Assembly (NCBI GenBank): GCA_964016885.1
Contig: OZ024741.1
Location: 352,408,001 to 352,472,000 of the forward strand
DNA from: Eledone cirrhosa
Lineage: Eukaryota
Reading direction: 5' to 3'
Length of the DNA stretch: 64,000 nt
Position numbers and translations under genes: made by a program. The notes beneath the pieces are model-generated. The model was given only the letters and a program-made list of their open reading frames with translations. It was not told the DNA's origin and searched no databases. Below are positions 1 through 14,713 of this stretch, piece after piece. Position 1 is the first letter of the stretch. Every line of letters starts with the position of its first letter.

Positions 1-144
1 ATATGTATGTATATATATATATATGTATGTATATATATGTATATATATATGTATGTATGTATATATATATATATACATATATATGTATGTATGTATATAT
101 ATATATATATACATATATATGTATGTATGTATGTATGTATATAT

Positions 145-185
<41 letters not shown>

Positions 186-201
186 TATATATGTATGTAT
201 G

Positions 202-232
<31 letters not shown>

Positions 233-303
233 GTATGTATATATATATATATGTATGTATATATATATATATGTATGTATATATATATATATATATATGT
301 ATG

Positions 304-388
<85 letters not shown>

Positions 389-473
389 ATATATATATGT
401 ATATATATATATGTATATATATATGTATGTATATATATATATGTATATATATATATGTATATATATATGTATG

Positions 474-558
<85 letters not shown>

Positions 559-829
559 ATATATATATGTATATATATATGTATGTATATATATATATGT
601 ATATATATATGTATGTATATATATATATGTATGTATATATATATATGTATGTATATATATATATGTATGTATGTATGTATATATATATATGTATGTATAT
701 ATATATGTATGTATATATATATATGTATGTATATATATATATGTATGTATATATATATATGTATATATATATGTATGTATATATATATATGTATGTATAT
801 ATATATGTATGTATATATATATATGTATG

Positions 830-861
<32 letters not shown>

Positions 862-891
862 TGTATGTATATATATATATGTATGTATATG
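1..891. repeat. (TA)n/(TATG)n compound microsatellite
   Basis: Almost pure TA and TATG repeats; the Y/I/M/V ORFs here are artefacts. Confidence 0.97.
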
Positions 892-1016
892 TAGGAGGTG
901 AGTTTTATTGTAGTACAATAAAGCAATGCAGATATCGGATAAGAAGCACTCTACAGTTTGTAGGACTGGAGTATACATAATATATAAGATCAAAAGATGG
1001 TTAAAAGAGTTCCACG

Positions 1017-1087
1017 TATTTTATTATGCGCATTTCAAAAACAAATATCATCATGCAATAATATTTGTGTTTTCATCAGATAAAATA
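1017..1087 (-). ncRNA. Type I hammerhead ribozyme (minus-strand copy)
   Basis: Reverse complement reads TATTTTAT-CTGATGA-long stem II-GAAA-T-GCGC-A-TA-ATAAAATA. Confidence 0.8.
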
Positions 1088-1192
1088 GGAAGACATGATA
1101 TGAAGGTTAAAAAACACTTGTGAATAGTGCAGTTTTATGATTTAAAACTGCACTATTCACAAGTGTTTTTTAACCTTCATATCATGTCATCC

Positions 1193-1261
1193 TATTTTAT
1201 CTGATGAAAACACATATTATTGCATGATGATATTTGTTTTTGAAATGCGCATAATAAAATA
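1193..1261 (+). ncRNA. Type I hammerhead ribozyme
   Basis: Stem I TATTTTAT/ATAAAATA (8 bp), core CTGATGA 1201-1207, GAAA 1242-1245, minimal stem III with palindromic GCGC loop, AUA cleavage triplet. Confidence 0.8.
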
Positions 1262-1297
1262 CATGGAACTCTTTTAACCATCTTTTGATCTTATATA

Positions 1298-2450
<1,153 letters not shown>

Positions 2451-2465
2451 CGTGGGAAAGTGAAA

Positions 2466-2665
2466 NNNNNNNNNNNNNNNNNNNNNNNNNNNNNNNNNNN
2501 NNNNNNNNNNNNNNNNNNNNNNNNNNNNNNNNNNNNNNNNNNNNNNNNNNNNNNNNNNNNNNNNNNNNNNNNNNNNNNNNNNNNNNNNNNNNNNNNNNNN
2601 NNNNNNNNNNNNNNNNNNNNNNNNNNNNNNNNNNNNNNNNNNNNNNNNNNNNNNNNNNNNNNNNN
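2466..2665. other. Assembly gap (200 N)
   Basis: Run of N. Confidence 1.
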
Positions 2666-2910
2666 GATGTGTATGTGTGTGTGTAGATGTGTATCTGTGT
2701 GTGTGTGAGTGTGTGTAGATGTGTATGTGCGTATGTGTATATGTGTATCTGTGTGTGTATGAGTGTCTGTGAGTATGTTTCTGTGTATGAGTGTATGAGT
2801 GTGAGTTGTGAGTGTAGGGAATATCATTTCCCTTCACAAAGTCTTTTCGGCCATCTTGATTCCGTAAGACGTTATCTATTTTCTATAATATTTATTTATT
2901 TATCTTACTG

Positions 2911-3055
2911 AGGCAGGCATGGTTATCTGGTTGACGAGTCCGCCTGATAAGCGTGTGGTTCTGAGTTCAGTTCCATTGTACGACACCTTGAGCAATTAAT
3001 TGCCTTCTCCTCCTTGATTAATCTAATTTGGTTGATGGAATCTGCAGAAGTCTGT
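2911..3055 (+). mobile_element. Decayed tRNA-derived SINE (OK-like head)
   Basis: A-box-like ggcatggttatctggtt and B-box-like gagttcagttcc; related heads near 6195, 5600(-), 24380(-). Confidence 0.5.
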
Positions 3056-3167
3056 CGTATACAATGCGTTGAAATGTCCGTGATCTCCAGCAGTCAACTG
3101 GTGAAGGAATTGTCCCCCGTTTGTGCTTTCCTCTTATTTTTAAATATACTTTATCAAATAACCACAC

Positions 3168-3254
<87 letters not shown>

Positions 3255-3579
3255 CCCAATTATTTTTATCCCAATAACTTATTTTAGTTATTGTTCGCGC
3301 TAGCCTGGTCTTTAATGCGAAGAAATACCTATGATGGCTAGTAGACCACTGATGATGGATAGTCCTGGCTTCTATTTCTAATTCTTCAATTTAACATTTT
3401 AATTTGTATATATATATATATATACAATCAAATGAAGCAACGGAATAAAGAACCCGCGTTGTTCCCTGTAATATAATGAACTCAAGGAAATTTTTTCCGG
3501 GCTCTTCACTGTGTATATATATATATATATAAAAATATATATATATATATATGAATATATATCTGTATATATATATGTA

Positions 3580-4314
3580 TCTGTATATATAAAGACGAAC
3601 TTTTCTGTATGTGTGTGTATGTGTGTGTGGACAATTTTTAATTAGGGCTCATATATTCTAAACCATTCATGCGATTTCTTTGAAAATTTTTACAGAGCTT
3701 CTCCTTGCACAAAACCTGTACATGATCTACAAAGGCTTTCAAAAATCGATATTGGGGCCTTTGGAAACATTAAAAAAGTTTCGGTTATTTGTGTCAATTT
3801 TCGTGATTAAGTAAGACAAGAGTTATCTTTCGTAATTCGGCTCATTCGGATTTTAATTTACTCTTTGTACTTGAAACAAAGGTACGCTTGAGACTAACAA
3901 TATCATTTTGTATATTTCACAACCAGAAATTTCTAACAGATTACTAAGTTAAGTTATAGATTTGACATCGTATAATTTATCGTTTCAAGCTTGATGTTCA
4001 TACATTAAGTGATGTCATAACTTTTACAATATTATGCTGTGTACATAATAGTGTCTATTATTCACTTCACTTCCCTATTTCATGATGCGCTTTTACTGTT
4101 GTCAAAAAAAATTATACCTAGACTGGATTTCTGTTGTTACATGGTATAACGGATGACACCGAGCTCACATTAATTATTTCGCTGGAATAGTGCCTAAGGT
4201 TTTCATGTTTACATAAAGTACGTTTTTCTTCTATGTATTCAAATTTACTTTGTTTAGTTTAATGAGCTACATCGAAAGCTACTTGAACCGTCCAAAGGAC
4301 GGGTAGTTTAGCCA

Positions 4315-4315
<1 letters not shown>
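3580..4315 (+). mobile_element. Non-autonomous Helitron-like element
   Basis: 5' TC(tgtatatataaag), 3' hairpin CCGTCC-AAA-GGACGG at 4288-4302 followed by a CTAG-like end (CCAG), sitting between A and T in TA repeats. Confidence 0.6.
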
Positions 4316-4351
<36 letters not shown>

Positions 4352-4541
4352 AGTGGAAGCTTAGTAAAATCGAAGCTTTGGCTGCGGCCAAGCAAAGTCG
4401 ACCTACAATTAGGAATGAGTAGCAAAGCACTCAATAAGGGTAGGTTCTTAGAGTAATAACATTACGTTTAGATAGCTTGACAAATTGAAAATTGCGGCAG
4501 GCAAAACCCAACCATACAATACCAAAACAACGAAAAAACTA

Positions 4542-4608
<67 letters not shown>

Positions 4609-4617
4609 ATGTGTAGG

Positions 4618-4803
4618 CAGACCTGTCAACTCTCCCCGTCCGACGGGGAGATCTTCCACCCACTTTATGGTGGGTGAGAGATGTCTTCTTTTGAAGTATA
4701 GCTTTCATTATGTAAAATCTTCCCATTTGCCTCATTTCTCTCCGTTTGGGGCGCTTTTTTTCGTGGTACTACTCGTTTGGGATTTTTGCGGTTGCCAGGT
4801 CTG
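4618..4803 (+). mobile_element. MITE with CAGACCTG(T/C)CAAC termini
   Basis: Imperfect terminal inverted repeats; further copies near 8033-8125(-), 36830-37185, 37830-38001(-), 41785-41964. Confidence 0.7.
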
Positions 4804-5223
4804 GTATAGGTGTGTGTGTCGGTTTATTTTTACGTTTGTGTCTATGTCAGATTTATGTCCAGTATCGATAAAATATGTATTAGATATTTTTAAAAAAGTA
4901 CCGGGATCAATATGATCGACTAAAGCATGAAGGTACTCTACCACAGCCTCAATCTAATGACTGAAACCAATAAAAGAATCAAAGAAGAAATGAATGTCTC
5001 TACGATTTCCTTATATGGATATATGGCTGAACATAGTATGCTAACATAAATATTTTAGTATATGCAATACAGTGATAATGTATGTGAACATAGAGACGCC
5101 ATCATGAAATATTTGGGCATTTAAAGCCTGGCGGAGCCCATTTCTCTCCAGGTTTGAACACAAGCGATTTTCTCCTGAGAGAGAGAGAGAGAGCGAGAGA
5201 GAGCGAGAGAGAGAGGGGGGAGA

Positions 5224-5310
<87 letters not shown>

Positions 5311-6588
5311 AAGGGATATCGAGGAAAAGATCAACACCAGTACTGGACTGGTACTTTTTTTATTGACCTCAAAAAGATGAAAGCATTCTAAACTACGTTT
5401 TAATGAATCTGCTAAATCACGTTTGAATTACAGGTACAATCCATCCGGCGGGCTTCCAAACAGTTTCCGTCTACCCAGTTTCACTCACAAGGCTTGCATC
5501 GACCTAAGACTACAGTAAATGATCTTTGACTATGATGCTACGCGGTGGGATCGAACCCAAGAATTAATGATTGCGAAACGAAATTCTTGAACATTTGGCC
5601 ATGCTGTGTCCAATTTTGTTTAAAAAGCTATTTGCTTAGTCTCAATTAATAAATCAATCTGATTTATGCACTAATTAATTTATTAATAATCGTGTTACGG
5701 AATGGTTGTTTTCTGAAAGCTTTGCCGTAACGCGAAACCTATTTTCCAGTTAATATTATAAAATTGAGATGTTTTCTTACGGTTAGATTTTCGGAAAAGA
5801 CGAAAAAAAAAAGAAAAAAAGAATAAATAAAAATAAATAAATAAATAAAACAAAACAAACAAACTCACAAACAAGTAATATGATTACTGTTTATATTTCA
5901 AAGTGCTGAATACTATTTTACTAAATTTTATGTTATGCAATGGATGCCTGTATATAATTTATTGTTGGACCTCAATATGCAAATCTCTGGTCAAAGTTGT
6001 TCCAGCTGTGATTATTCAATATTTTTCCAGATTGCATTATCCAATATGCCCTTTCCCTTTTTAAGACAACAGAATGTGATTTGAGGGAGATTTCGCTGTT
6101 AATTCTAGCTCTTCGAACAATCACACAAAGACTTCCAAAATGTCACAACTTTTTCAGGAAGGGGATATTCGAAAGTATCTGAATCAAACTATGGGCGCTG
6201 ACATGACTGTGTGCTTATGAATCACTTGGTTCCTTGTTCCATCTCACAGTGCTGTTAACTTGGGCAAGTGTATTGTAATATTGTGAGTGAAACTTTGAAG
6301 ATGTCGAACTGCTAGCAATAACAGCCACAGCTCCCTCAAATTACACAGCCTAGATTTTTAAAAGAGAGACAACACATTGAACAATGTAGTCCAGGATATA
6401 TATAAATTATGAGATAGTCAGGACTAGAACGTCTTTTATGATAGGTCTTCTGGACCAGTGCTAGCCTTGGCTCGCTATATATATAATATATATATATATA
6501 TAATATATATATATATAATATATATATATATATATAATATATATATATATATATAATATATATATATATATAATATATATATAATATA

Positions 6589-6644
<56 letters not shown>

Positions 6645-6782
6645 ATAATAATAAATTTGAAGACTAAAATCCAAAGAGGGCTCGATAAGAATAAATATAT
6701 TGATATATATTTATTCTTATCGAGCCCTCTTATATATATTTATTCTTATCGAGCAAATACTTATTAAATATCTGTTATTTTA

Positions 6783-6852
<70 letters not shown>

Positions 6853-7051
6853 GTATTTTTTCTCGCGAGTCAGTTCTTTCCTTGCTACGGACCCCGCAGC
6901 TGAATTATCGGTCGCTATCTTCAATTTGCAAAGCCCTTTAAACGGAATGTTATTACTCTAAGGTTTTATACCTGATCGAGTGTTTGGCTGCATTCGTTGG
7001 CTTAGCTGCGGCTCGAGCTTCGACTATGTTGTACTTCCATTTGTATATATA

Positions 7052-7944
7052 CGAGGTGGGTCAGAAAACTTCCAGGACTGATGTCACAAAAGATTTATTT
7101 CAAACCCAAACTTCACACTAAGAGTTTTCTCCTTCAAAGTAACCCCCTGGAGTCTAATGCACTTTTCCATCCTTTTCTGTCACGCTTGCATGCACTCCTG
7201 GAAGGATTCTTCCGGGATCCTCCGCAGTTCCGTCGTTACAGCCTTTTTGATGTCGTCTACGTCTTCAAAACGGGTCCCCTCCGGGTCGTACTCGAAGATC
7301 CATGACTCATCACTGGTGATGACTGTCCATAGCAAGTCTGGTTCGGTTTCAAGACGCTCGAGGATGTCCTGGCACACTTGCATGCGTCGACCCTTCTGGT
7401 CATCGTTCAACAGTTTTGGCACCATCTTCGCGCAGACTTTCCGCATGTCCAAATCTTCAGTGAGAATCTTCCAGACGCTGTCCCGATTCATGCCCAGCTC
7501 ATTTGCCATCAGTCGAACAGTCAGCTGACGATCGCTACGCACCATCTGCCTGACGCGCTCAACGTTGATCTCAGTCCTGGTTGTTGAGGGCCTTCCGCTC
7601 CTGGGGTCATCTTCCACGTCCTCGCGTCCTTCTTTAAACCTCTTGCACCACTCAAAAACACATGAGCGTGACATCGTCTCATCTCCATACACTTGCTGCA
7701 GCAATCCCAGTGCTTCTGACGGAGTTTTCAAGTTTGTTCGTTGCTCTGTTCTCATTACTTGACGACCTGAAACAGAGGACATGTAAATAAAATTATGAAG
7801 AAAAAGTTTGATCGCTGCAGAGAGCTAAGATTACAGTTACATACTCCAGGGGGATTACTTTGAAGGAGAAAACTCTTAGTTTGAAGTTTGGGTTTGAAAT
7901 AAATCTTTTGTGACATCAGTCCTGGAACTTTTCTGACACACCTC

Positions 7945-7945
<1 letters not shown>
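7052..7945 (-). mobile_element. Internally deleted mariner (Tc1/mariner) DNA transposon
   Basis: ~100-bp TIRs starting CGAGGT, TA on both sides, truncated transposase ORF. Confidence 0.93.
7180..7782 (-). pseudogene. Mariner transposase with in-frame deletion of most of the catalytic domain
   Basis: HTH region (QVYGDETMSRSCVFEWCKRFKEG, RSGRP), VPKLL linker and ITSDESW (first catalytic Asp) fused directly to the C-terminal RFEDVDDIKKAV. Confidence 0.88.
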
Positions 7946-8022
<77 letters not shown>

Positions 8023-8344
8023 GCATATATATGACCTGCCAACTTCTAAAAATCCAAATGGGGAGTACCATGAAAAAAGGTGCCTCAAAACGGGGAGAAA
8101 TGAGGCAAAATTTGTTTACATTTTAAAATGTAATTATTTATAAAATGATTGATTTTGATAAGTCCTAAGAGGATGAAACATTTGTAAATCAAATGATGAT
8201 GTGAATAAGTGTTTGGTAACATATTTGAATGAATAATTTGCTCCATGTGTATTTAATTTAACACAATAGGAATTCATATACATGCTTTTTTGGAAAACAA
8301 ATTTTAAAGAAATATATGTAGCCATGTGTACAGTTTATTATAAT

Positions 8345-8530
8345 TGGATTGGCAGTATTGGTAGAGGGTCGGACGCCATGTTTTGGAGCATAGAGTTACG
8401 CCCCTTTATGAACTAAGTTCAAATCCCGCCGAGGTTAACTTTGCCTTTCATCCTTACGGGGTCGATAAAATAAAGTACCAGTAATGCACTGGGATAATTG
8501 CTGGCCTTGTGCCAATAGTAGAAACAATTA
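8345..8530 (+). mobile_element. tRNA-derived SINE (OR2-like)
   Basis: ttggcagtat..ggtaga A-box, gttcaaatcc B-box, shared body ccttacggggtcgataaaataaagtaccag; many copies in the window. Confidence 0.85.
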
Positions 8531-8664
8531 TAATAAATGACCTTATTTTGAGCTGATATAACGTTTTCACCTACACCTTTCCAGTTTTTATATTTGAAAA
8601 CGAAATTCCTTATATGTATATACACACACACACATACATATGTGTGTGTGTGTGTGTATTAGTA

Positions 8665-8701
<37 letters not shown>

Positions 8702-9410
8702 CACACAATATGCTCATTGGACAAACTAAATCTATAATTCATTGTGTGTGTGTGTCTGTATGTTTGTGTGTCTGTGAGTGTGTGTGAATGTATCCGCATT
8801 CCCATTACACTATGTAATTGTGTAATTTGACCTCACTTGAGGAACCGTTGTTAAAAACAATCAAACAATCAAACCCTCTGTTGTGATTATTAAATGGTTG
8901 TCAGCTTTTATCATTTAATTAGTAACACTGGGGTTTCTACAGTGATTACAACATTGCTAAATGAAGTGTGATTGTTCTTACTACAGCAGGGCTGACGGGA
9001 CTGGCGGAGTGGCATACCTTCGCTCCCCCATAATAATATTTTTCTCCCCAAACTACCAAAACACATCTATTTATATATGAGCTACAATGTATGTACATGT
9101 TATGTAGAGACAGGTGGGAGAGATAGATATAGATATAGAGAGGGGGAGAGTTTGGAGGTAATTGATATATATTTCTATTTATTTGCCACCAGGGCATAAA
9201 AGATTGGGACAAATACAAAGGGGGGAGTTTACATAAATTTAAAAAGACGTGTAAAAAACATATAACAAATTAAATTTAACAATCGATGTCCTCAATGGGC
9301 AGGGGCGTTGACATGGGTCGCACACACCCCCGAAAAAATGTGCAACCCTCCTCTTCAGGAGCACAAAGAGCGGGTGCTTCCTTCCTCTTCTCATTCTTCT
9401 CCTCTCTCAC

Positions 9411-12400
9411 CTACAGGCTGATATAGAGAGAAGGCCCATTCACTCGGGCCATTCTCGCTACTTTCACCCATCTTTCATAAAACTTGCTGGGGTAGAGCAC
9501 CTCCCTCTCCATTCTGATCCTTCTTCTAAAGTGGTACTTGAAAAAAAAGACCAGTTGTTGGCCGGAGAGAAAGGTGTCTGACCTCAGCCCTTTCAACCTT
9601 GTCCACCATACAACTTCTTTCGCCATGGCTATCACACAGAGGAAAACCGCCTCTTCTTCGTTTTTGAAAGGGGGAGGTGGTTTGATTGTGACAATGTTCT
9701 CGGTGGTCAACCGGATTGGTCCCACCCGCGACAGTCGTCGTTCTACATAGCCCCACAGGTCAGCAACGCCCGGGCAGTGTACGAATGCGTGTGCGACGGT
9801 TTCCTCGTCACGCACGCATCTTGGAAGATCTTCTTCGAGGGGTCCCTACCCGGGCGCCCGTGTCTGTAGAGCTTGTCCCGAACGGGTAGATCTCCTCGGT
9901 AACATTGCCAAGCCAGGGACTTTTGGAAGTTGTCCATCGGTCCCGGGCCAAACGTCCTACCGAACAGACTGGCCAGCTCGTCTTCCTCCATGCCCAGAGC
10001 CTCTCCGAGAGCGTCGTCGCACTTACTGCGCACCAACCCTCTATAGAATGTTGAGGTTGAGTCTCCACTGATTGCCGGATCCGCTTGCCAGAGGGCCGTG
10101 AGCGCCTGGGCACATTCAATGTGCCAGTCGCCCACTTTTCTCGGTCTTTGCTTGACCCAGGATTGCAGCTCGGTGAGTGAGACGAGTCTCGGAAAGGCTC
10201 GCCTCACAAACAGGGCCCACACCGGCTGACCGGTGAGGAATACCTGGAGGTGCCGTAGCCTTAATGCGTGTCTACGCATCGTCAGCCATGGCATCCCCAG
10301 CCCTCCGTTCGAAGGGTGTTGACAGCAGATGGATCTCCTCACCAAAGGAGCCCGCTTCTTCCAAAGAAATCGGAAGAGCGCGCGCTCCATTTTGGCGAGT
10401 GTTTTCTCTGGGCAAGGCACGACGGTCAAGCGGTAGTAGATGACGGACGCTATATAAGCGTTCGCCACCTCCGCTCGACCTTTCAGGGATAGTTTGCACT
10501 CGGCCCACTTCTGGGCGAGTGCAAACACCTTGCCCGTTACCTCGTCCCAGTTTTTCTCCACCTGGAGGTCCGGTCCGAACCAGATCCCGAGCAGCTTCAC
10601 CGGTCCCTCCGTCCAGCGACCGACGATGCCGTCGGAGGGCATCGTTTTGCCCCTCCACGTCCCGAGTTGCAAACCGACGGACTTGTCCCGGTTCAGCTTC
10701 GCTCCTGTGAACCTTTTATATTCCTCCAGTAAGGTGCCGATCTGCCCGATTTCCGAGGCGCACGACACCATTACTGTCACGTCATCGGCGTAGGCCGACA
10801 CCGCTTTCCGCAATCCCGGTTCCAAGGGAATGCCCTGCAACAGCTCCAGCTTCCGCAGTAGTGGCTCGAGAGCCAGCACATACAGGAGGGAGGAGAGAGG
10901 GCATCCCTGTCGAATGGATCGCGTGATTTGGAACGGCTCCGAGAGGTAGCCGTTCACCTTGACCCTCGAGCAGGTGTTGCTGCTGTTCATTGCAGCAATC
11001 CAGCCCCTGAAAACGGGTCCGAAGCTTGCCACCGCGAGCACCGCATCCAGGTACCGATGATCAACCCTATCGAACGCTTTAGATTGATCCAAGTTGATCA
11101 GGGCCCCACCAAACCCGGGTTCGTTCCCTACCCTCTCTACGATGTATCGCATGAGGTGGAGGTTGTCGTGTATGGACCTGGACGGGATTGCGCATGTCTG
11201 CGCTTCTCCCACCAGGTTCCCGACGACAAGCGCCAACCTCTTCGTTAACACCTTGGCCAAAATCTTTAACTCTGTGTTTAGCAGAGTTATGGGCTTGAAG
11301 TTATCTATGTCATCCCCCTTGTTCTCGTCCTTCCTCACCAGCGTGACTACGCCCTTGGTCACAGAACTGGGAATTCTCCCGTTCTGTTGCCTGTTGCAGT
11401 AGACCGCCTCGAGGAGACCGGAGAACAAGCCCGGCATCGCTACATAAGACCATCGAGACCCGGATATTTGCGTTTGCCGCATTGGCTCAGCGCTTCCCCT
11501 ATTTCAGCGGCTGAAATCGGCCTCTCACAGGACTTCGCCTCCCTGTCCGAGAGCCGCGCCAGACCCTCGAGGTATGGACCGAAATCCATAGCCCCACCCT
11601 GCCCGCCGCCCCTCCCGAACAGTCGTGCAAAGCGCCGTTGAAAGGCCGCGCTCATCCGCTCAGGTTCAAGGATCACACGTCCATCCTGGTCCTTCAAAGA
11701 CCGAATCGTGGACTTGTTTCCACTTTTTGCCTCTGTCACTCGGGCCCAGCTAACAGCTTTGGCTCCTTCGTTACCCAGAGCACGTATTTTACTCCTGACA
11801 ACGCAGCCCTCGTGCTTCGCATCAAAGAACTGGTCTAGGGCCGTTCTTGACGCCAGCACGCCGGCCACGTTGCCACTCCTAATCGCCTCTTCTACTCTAT
11901 TTGTTAATTCCCTTTCAGTTCTATTCCTATCTGATGCTAATTCCCGACTAAAACCTATCGATTCTATTCTAATTTCTCTCTTGAGAGAGCCCCACCACCT
12001 GTTGTTGACAATTGCCCCCGTCAAACGCTGCTTAACTAGTGTGCTAATCCGCTTACTGTAAGCTTTGTTTGTCGGTAAAGACAAGTTTAGCTTCCAGTAA
12101 CCGGGTCCCTGTCTATGAGTTCTATCAAGGTTGACCACTCCGGTCACCAACTTGTGATCCGAATAGTCAATCATGAACATTCGTGGACAGCTTAATATGT
12201 CCCTATCCTTATTTCTAACTAGGAACCTATCTAGGTACGACCTAGATGTTCCGCTGCGATTAATCCACGTCCACTGTGGCACAGTCGGAAAATCTAGTCG
12301 ATATCTATCGGCCAGATCAAATCGGCCGATTAATCGTTTGAGGCTGTTACACCCTCCTCTATCGGGACATGCCCCTACATAGTCCCAACGTGCATCCAGG

Positions 12401-12834
12401 ATACCATTCCAGTCCCCCACTAAAAGCAAGGAGCGAGACGTTCCCAGGAAATTCTCCAGGCGTCGGAAGAAGTCCGGTCGCGGTGTCCCAGATGGGGCAT
12501 ACGCTGCCACCAGCTTGAAAGCTCCACCTTCACCACTGCCGACGTCTAAAACCACCAGTCGACCCTCCGGGTCCAGGTGTACCTTCTGTGTGGCAAGACC
12601 CAGGTATTTTCGCAGCAGAACGACAACCCCACCCCCACCCCTCGGCTGACAGAGAGATGCGTAGATCTCAAAGTCGTCGAAGATGGGGGCCAGTTGGCGC
12701 TCGCTGCTGATCCTGGACTCGCAAATAACTATTACATCCACTCTATGCGACCTGAGGTCATTTAAGAGTTTGCCTTGTTTCCAGGACATCCCCAAGCCGC
12801 GTGCATTCACACATCCAACTCTTATATTGGCCAT
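9411..12834 (-). pseudogene. LINE ORF2 (APE endonuclease + reverse transcriptase + C-terminal zinc motif) split by frameshifts
   Basis: CVNARGL, GDWN, YLDRF, SDHK (APE); LDQSKAFDRV, QGCPLS, YADD (RT); ETVAHAFVHC; three ORF pieces 11440-12834, 9743-11482, 9411-9815. Confidence 0.93.
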
Positions 12835-12876
12835 GTTGGTGCTGAAGAGGTAAAAAGGAAGAGGAAAGGAAATTAC

Positions 12877-14713
12877 TTACCTCTTCGTCTCCTGGGGACC
12901 AGGCTGCACAATTTCCATGGGGGTGTTGGAAGGGTTGTTTGGTTGGGTGGTGGTTTGTGGTGGGGTGAGGACATCAGTGTGTGGTGGGATTAGGGTGTTT
13001 GGTGGGGTGTGAGTGTCTGGTATGGGGGTGGGGAAACATCTCAATAGGACGCTGTTATGTGGTTTGGTGCAGTTGGTCCCCACATGCATTGGATGGTTCT
13101 TTTTCAAAGTTACATAGGTTTCCGTTGGGACCCTAATCATCATTAGGTGCGGTTTGTTCGCTGCGTAGGTGAAAGTGATCCCTTCGGTTTCCACCGAAGG
13201 GTTATTTTCTATCGCTTTCATCAACGTTTTATTGTTCTTGTTAATGTATGTATAGAGTTTTTGTTGTGTTGTGTTTGTTTTTGTTTGTTATTCTTGTGCG
13301 TGTTTGCGTTTTGTAGTACGTGTTATGTTTTGGGGAGGGGTGGTTTTTTTATTTGTGATGTTTGTTCTGTTTGTGCTGGTGGTTGTGTGTTTGTGGCATT
13401 TTTGTTAATGTGGTGCCTTTTTTTTTCCTTTTCACCTGTTGAAAGGGTTCTCCCTCGTCGTCACTGGGTGACGTTGATACGGAGTCCTCTTCCGTGTTGT
13501 TGGGGAGGGGTATATTTTGGGGTTTTGTTGTGGTTACTTTTGTATTTGTTTTAGGTGGGGAGGGGTTGGGTGGAACAGTGTTTTGTGTTGTTATTTTTCC
13601 GTGTTGTTGTGGTTGTTGTTGTTGTTGTTGTTGTTGTTGTGGTGGTGGTGGTGGTGGTGGTTGTGTTGTTGTGTTCGGGGTTGGCAGAAGGGCCTTTTTT
13701 TTTACTCGTTAATTGAGGACAGGCAGCCCTCAGGTGACCCCTGCTTAAGCAGTGGTAACATGACGGCCGCTTTCCCCTCCACTGAAATGTTTATATAAGT
13801 TAGCCCGTCCAGAGGCACGCGTTGTGGGATATTCGCTATTCGTTCTGGGCTCATTTGCACCAGAACTTCTACGCTGGTCCCACCAAATACGCCTCCGGAG
13901 GACTTTCCTATTAAAATTATCTTGTCTTGATCAAAGTCAATGATTCCACATAGTATCCACCAAATATTTACATTTGGTGTGATACTCATTATTTTTATTC
14001 TTTGTGTCCTTTTTTCCCCTGTATGTGGGGAAAAAGGTGAAGCGGGGGGACACAATGGGTGATACCGAGTACTTTTGTGCTGTTGACTGGTTGTTCATTA
14101 GCACAGAAATGCTACCAAACAGTTACCTTTTTGTATGAAGGTTAAGTCCTTCATTGCATCTTTTAGAACCAGCTCAATTTCATTTTGTGATAATTGAGCT
14201 GGTTTTCTTGTTTCGTTCGATATTGTCCTGAAAACTGTGGTTTTCAGGACAGCCTCTCTACGTAATTCCTGTGGAGAATTGATGCTAAAAGCACCGTTTT
14301 CGCCAAAAGTCACGAATTGTTTTGCGTCTTGTAGTAGTTGTTTAGCATTTGTTATGTCAATTGGCGTGTATAGTTCGTTTTTTTTTTACAGTCTGTGCGA
14401 ATGTTGTTTTGGTGTTGCTGTCTTTTTTGTTGCTGCTGTTGTTGTCACTGTTGGTAATATTGTTCATGTTTTCCTTGGTGTTGCTATTGTTGCAGTTGTT
14501 GGTTGTGGTGTTATTGTCATTGTTCTTGTTGTTGGTGCTGGTATTATTTACCGGGTTTGGTTTCGTGGTTTCAATATTTTCAACGTTTTTCGATAATGCG
14601 AGGGGGGAAGGCTGCAAGCTTTGTACTCCTACCTTCCCTCCACCACTTTTCTTAGTGGGCGTGGCACTCACGACAGTGTGCGAGGTGGAAATGGCATCCA
14701 TTGCCGATGCCAA
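12877..14713 (-). pseudogene. LINE ORF1 (gag-like), frameshifted
   Basis: Fragmented frames; CYHCLSRGHLRAAC (CX2CX4HX4C) encoded at ~13760-13719; T/N/P-rich linkers. Confidence 0.8.

Larger units (their letters stand above)
981..1297. mobile_element. Fold-back palindrome (~157-bp arms, 5-nt loop) carrying hammerhead motifs; Penelope pseudo-LTR-like
   Basis: 981-1137 is nearly the reverse complement of 1143-1297; loop TGATT; lies between TA microsatellites. Confidence 0.8.

Noticed and set aside
8345-8435. tRNA gene
   Set aside because: The A/B boxes belong to SINE heads; no cloverleaf, and the SINE body always follows
9526-12993. Many short alternative-frame and antisense ORFs within the LINE
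   Set aside because: Shadow ORFs of the GC-rich ORF2
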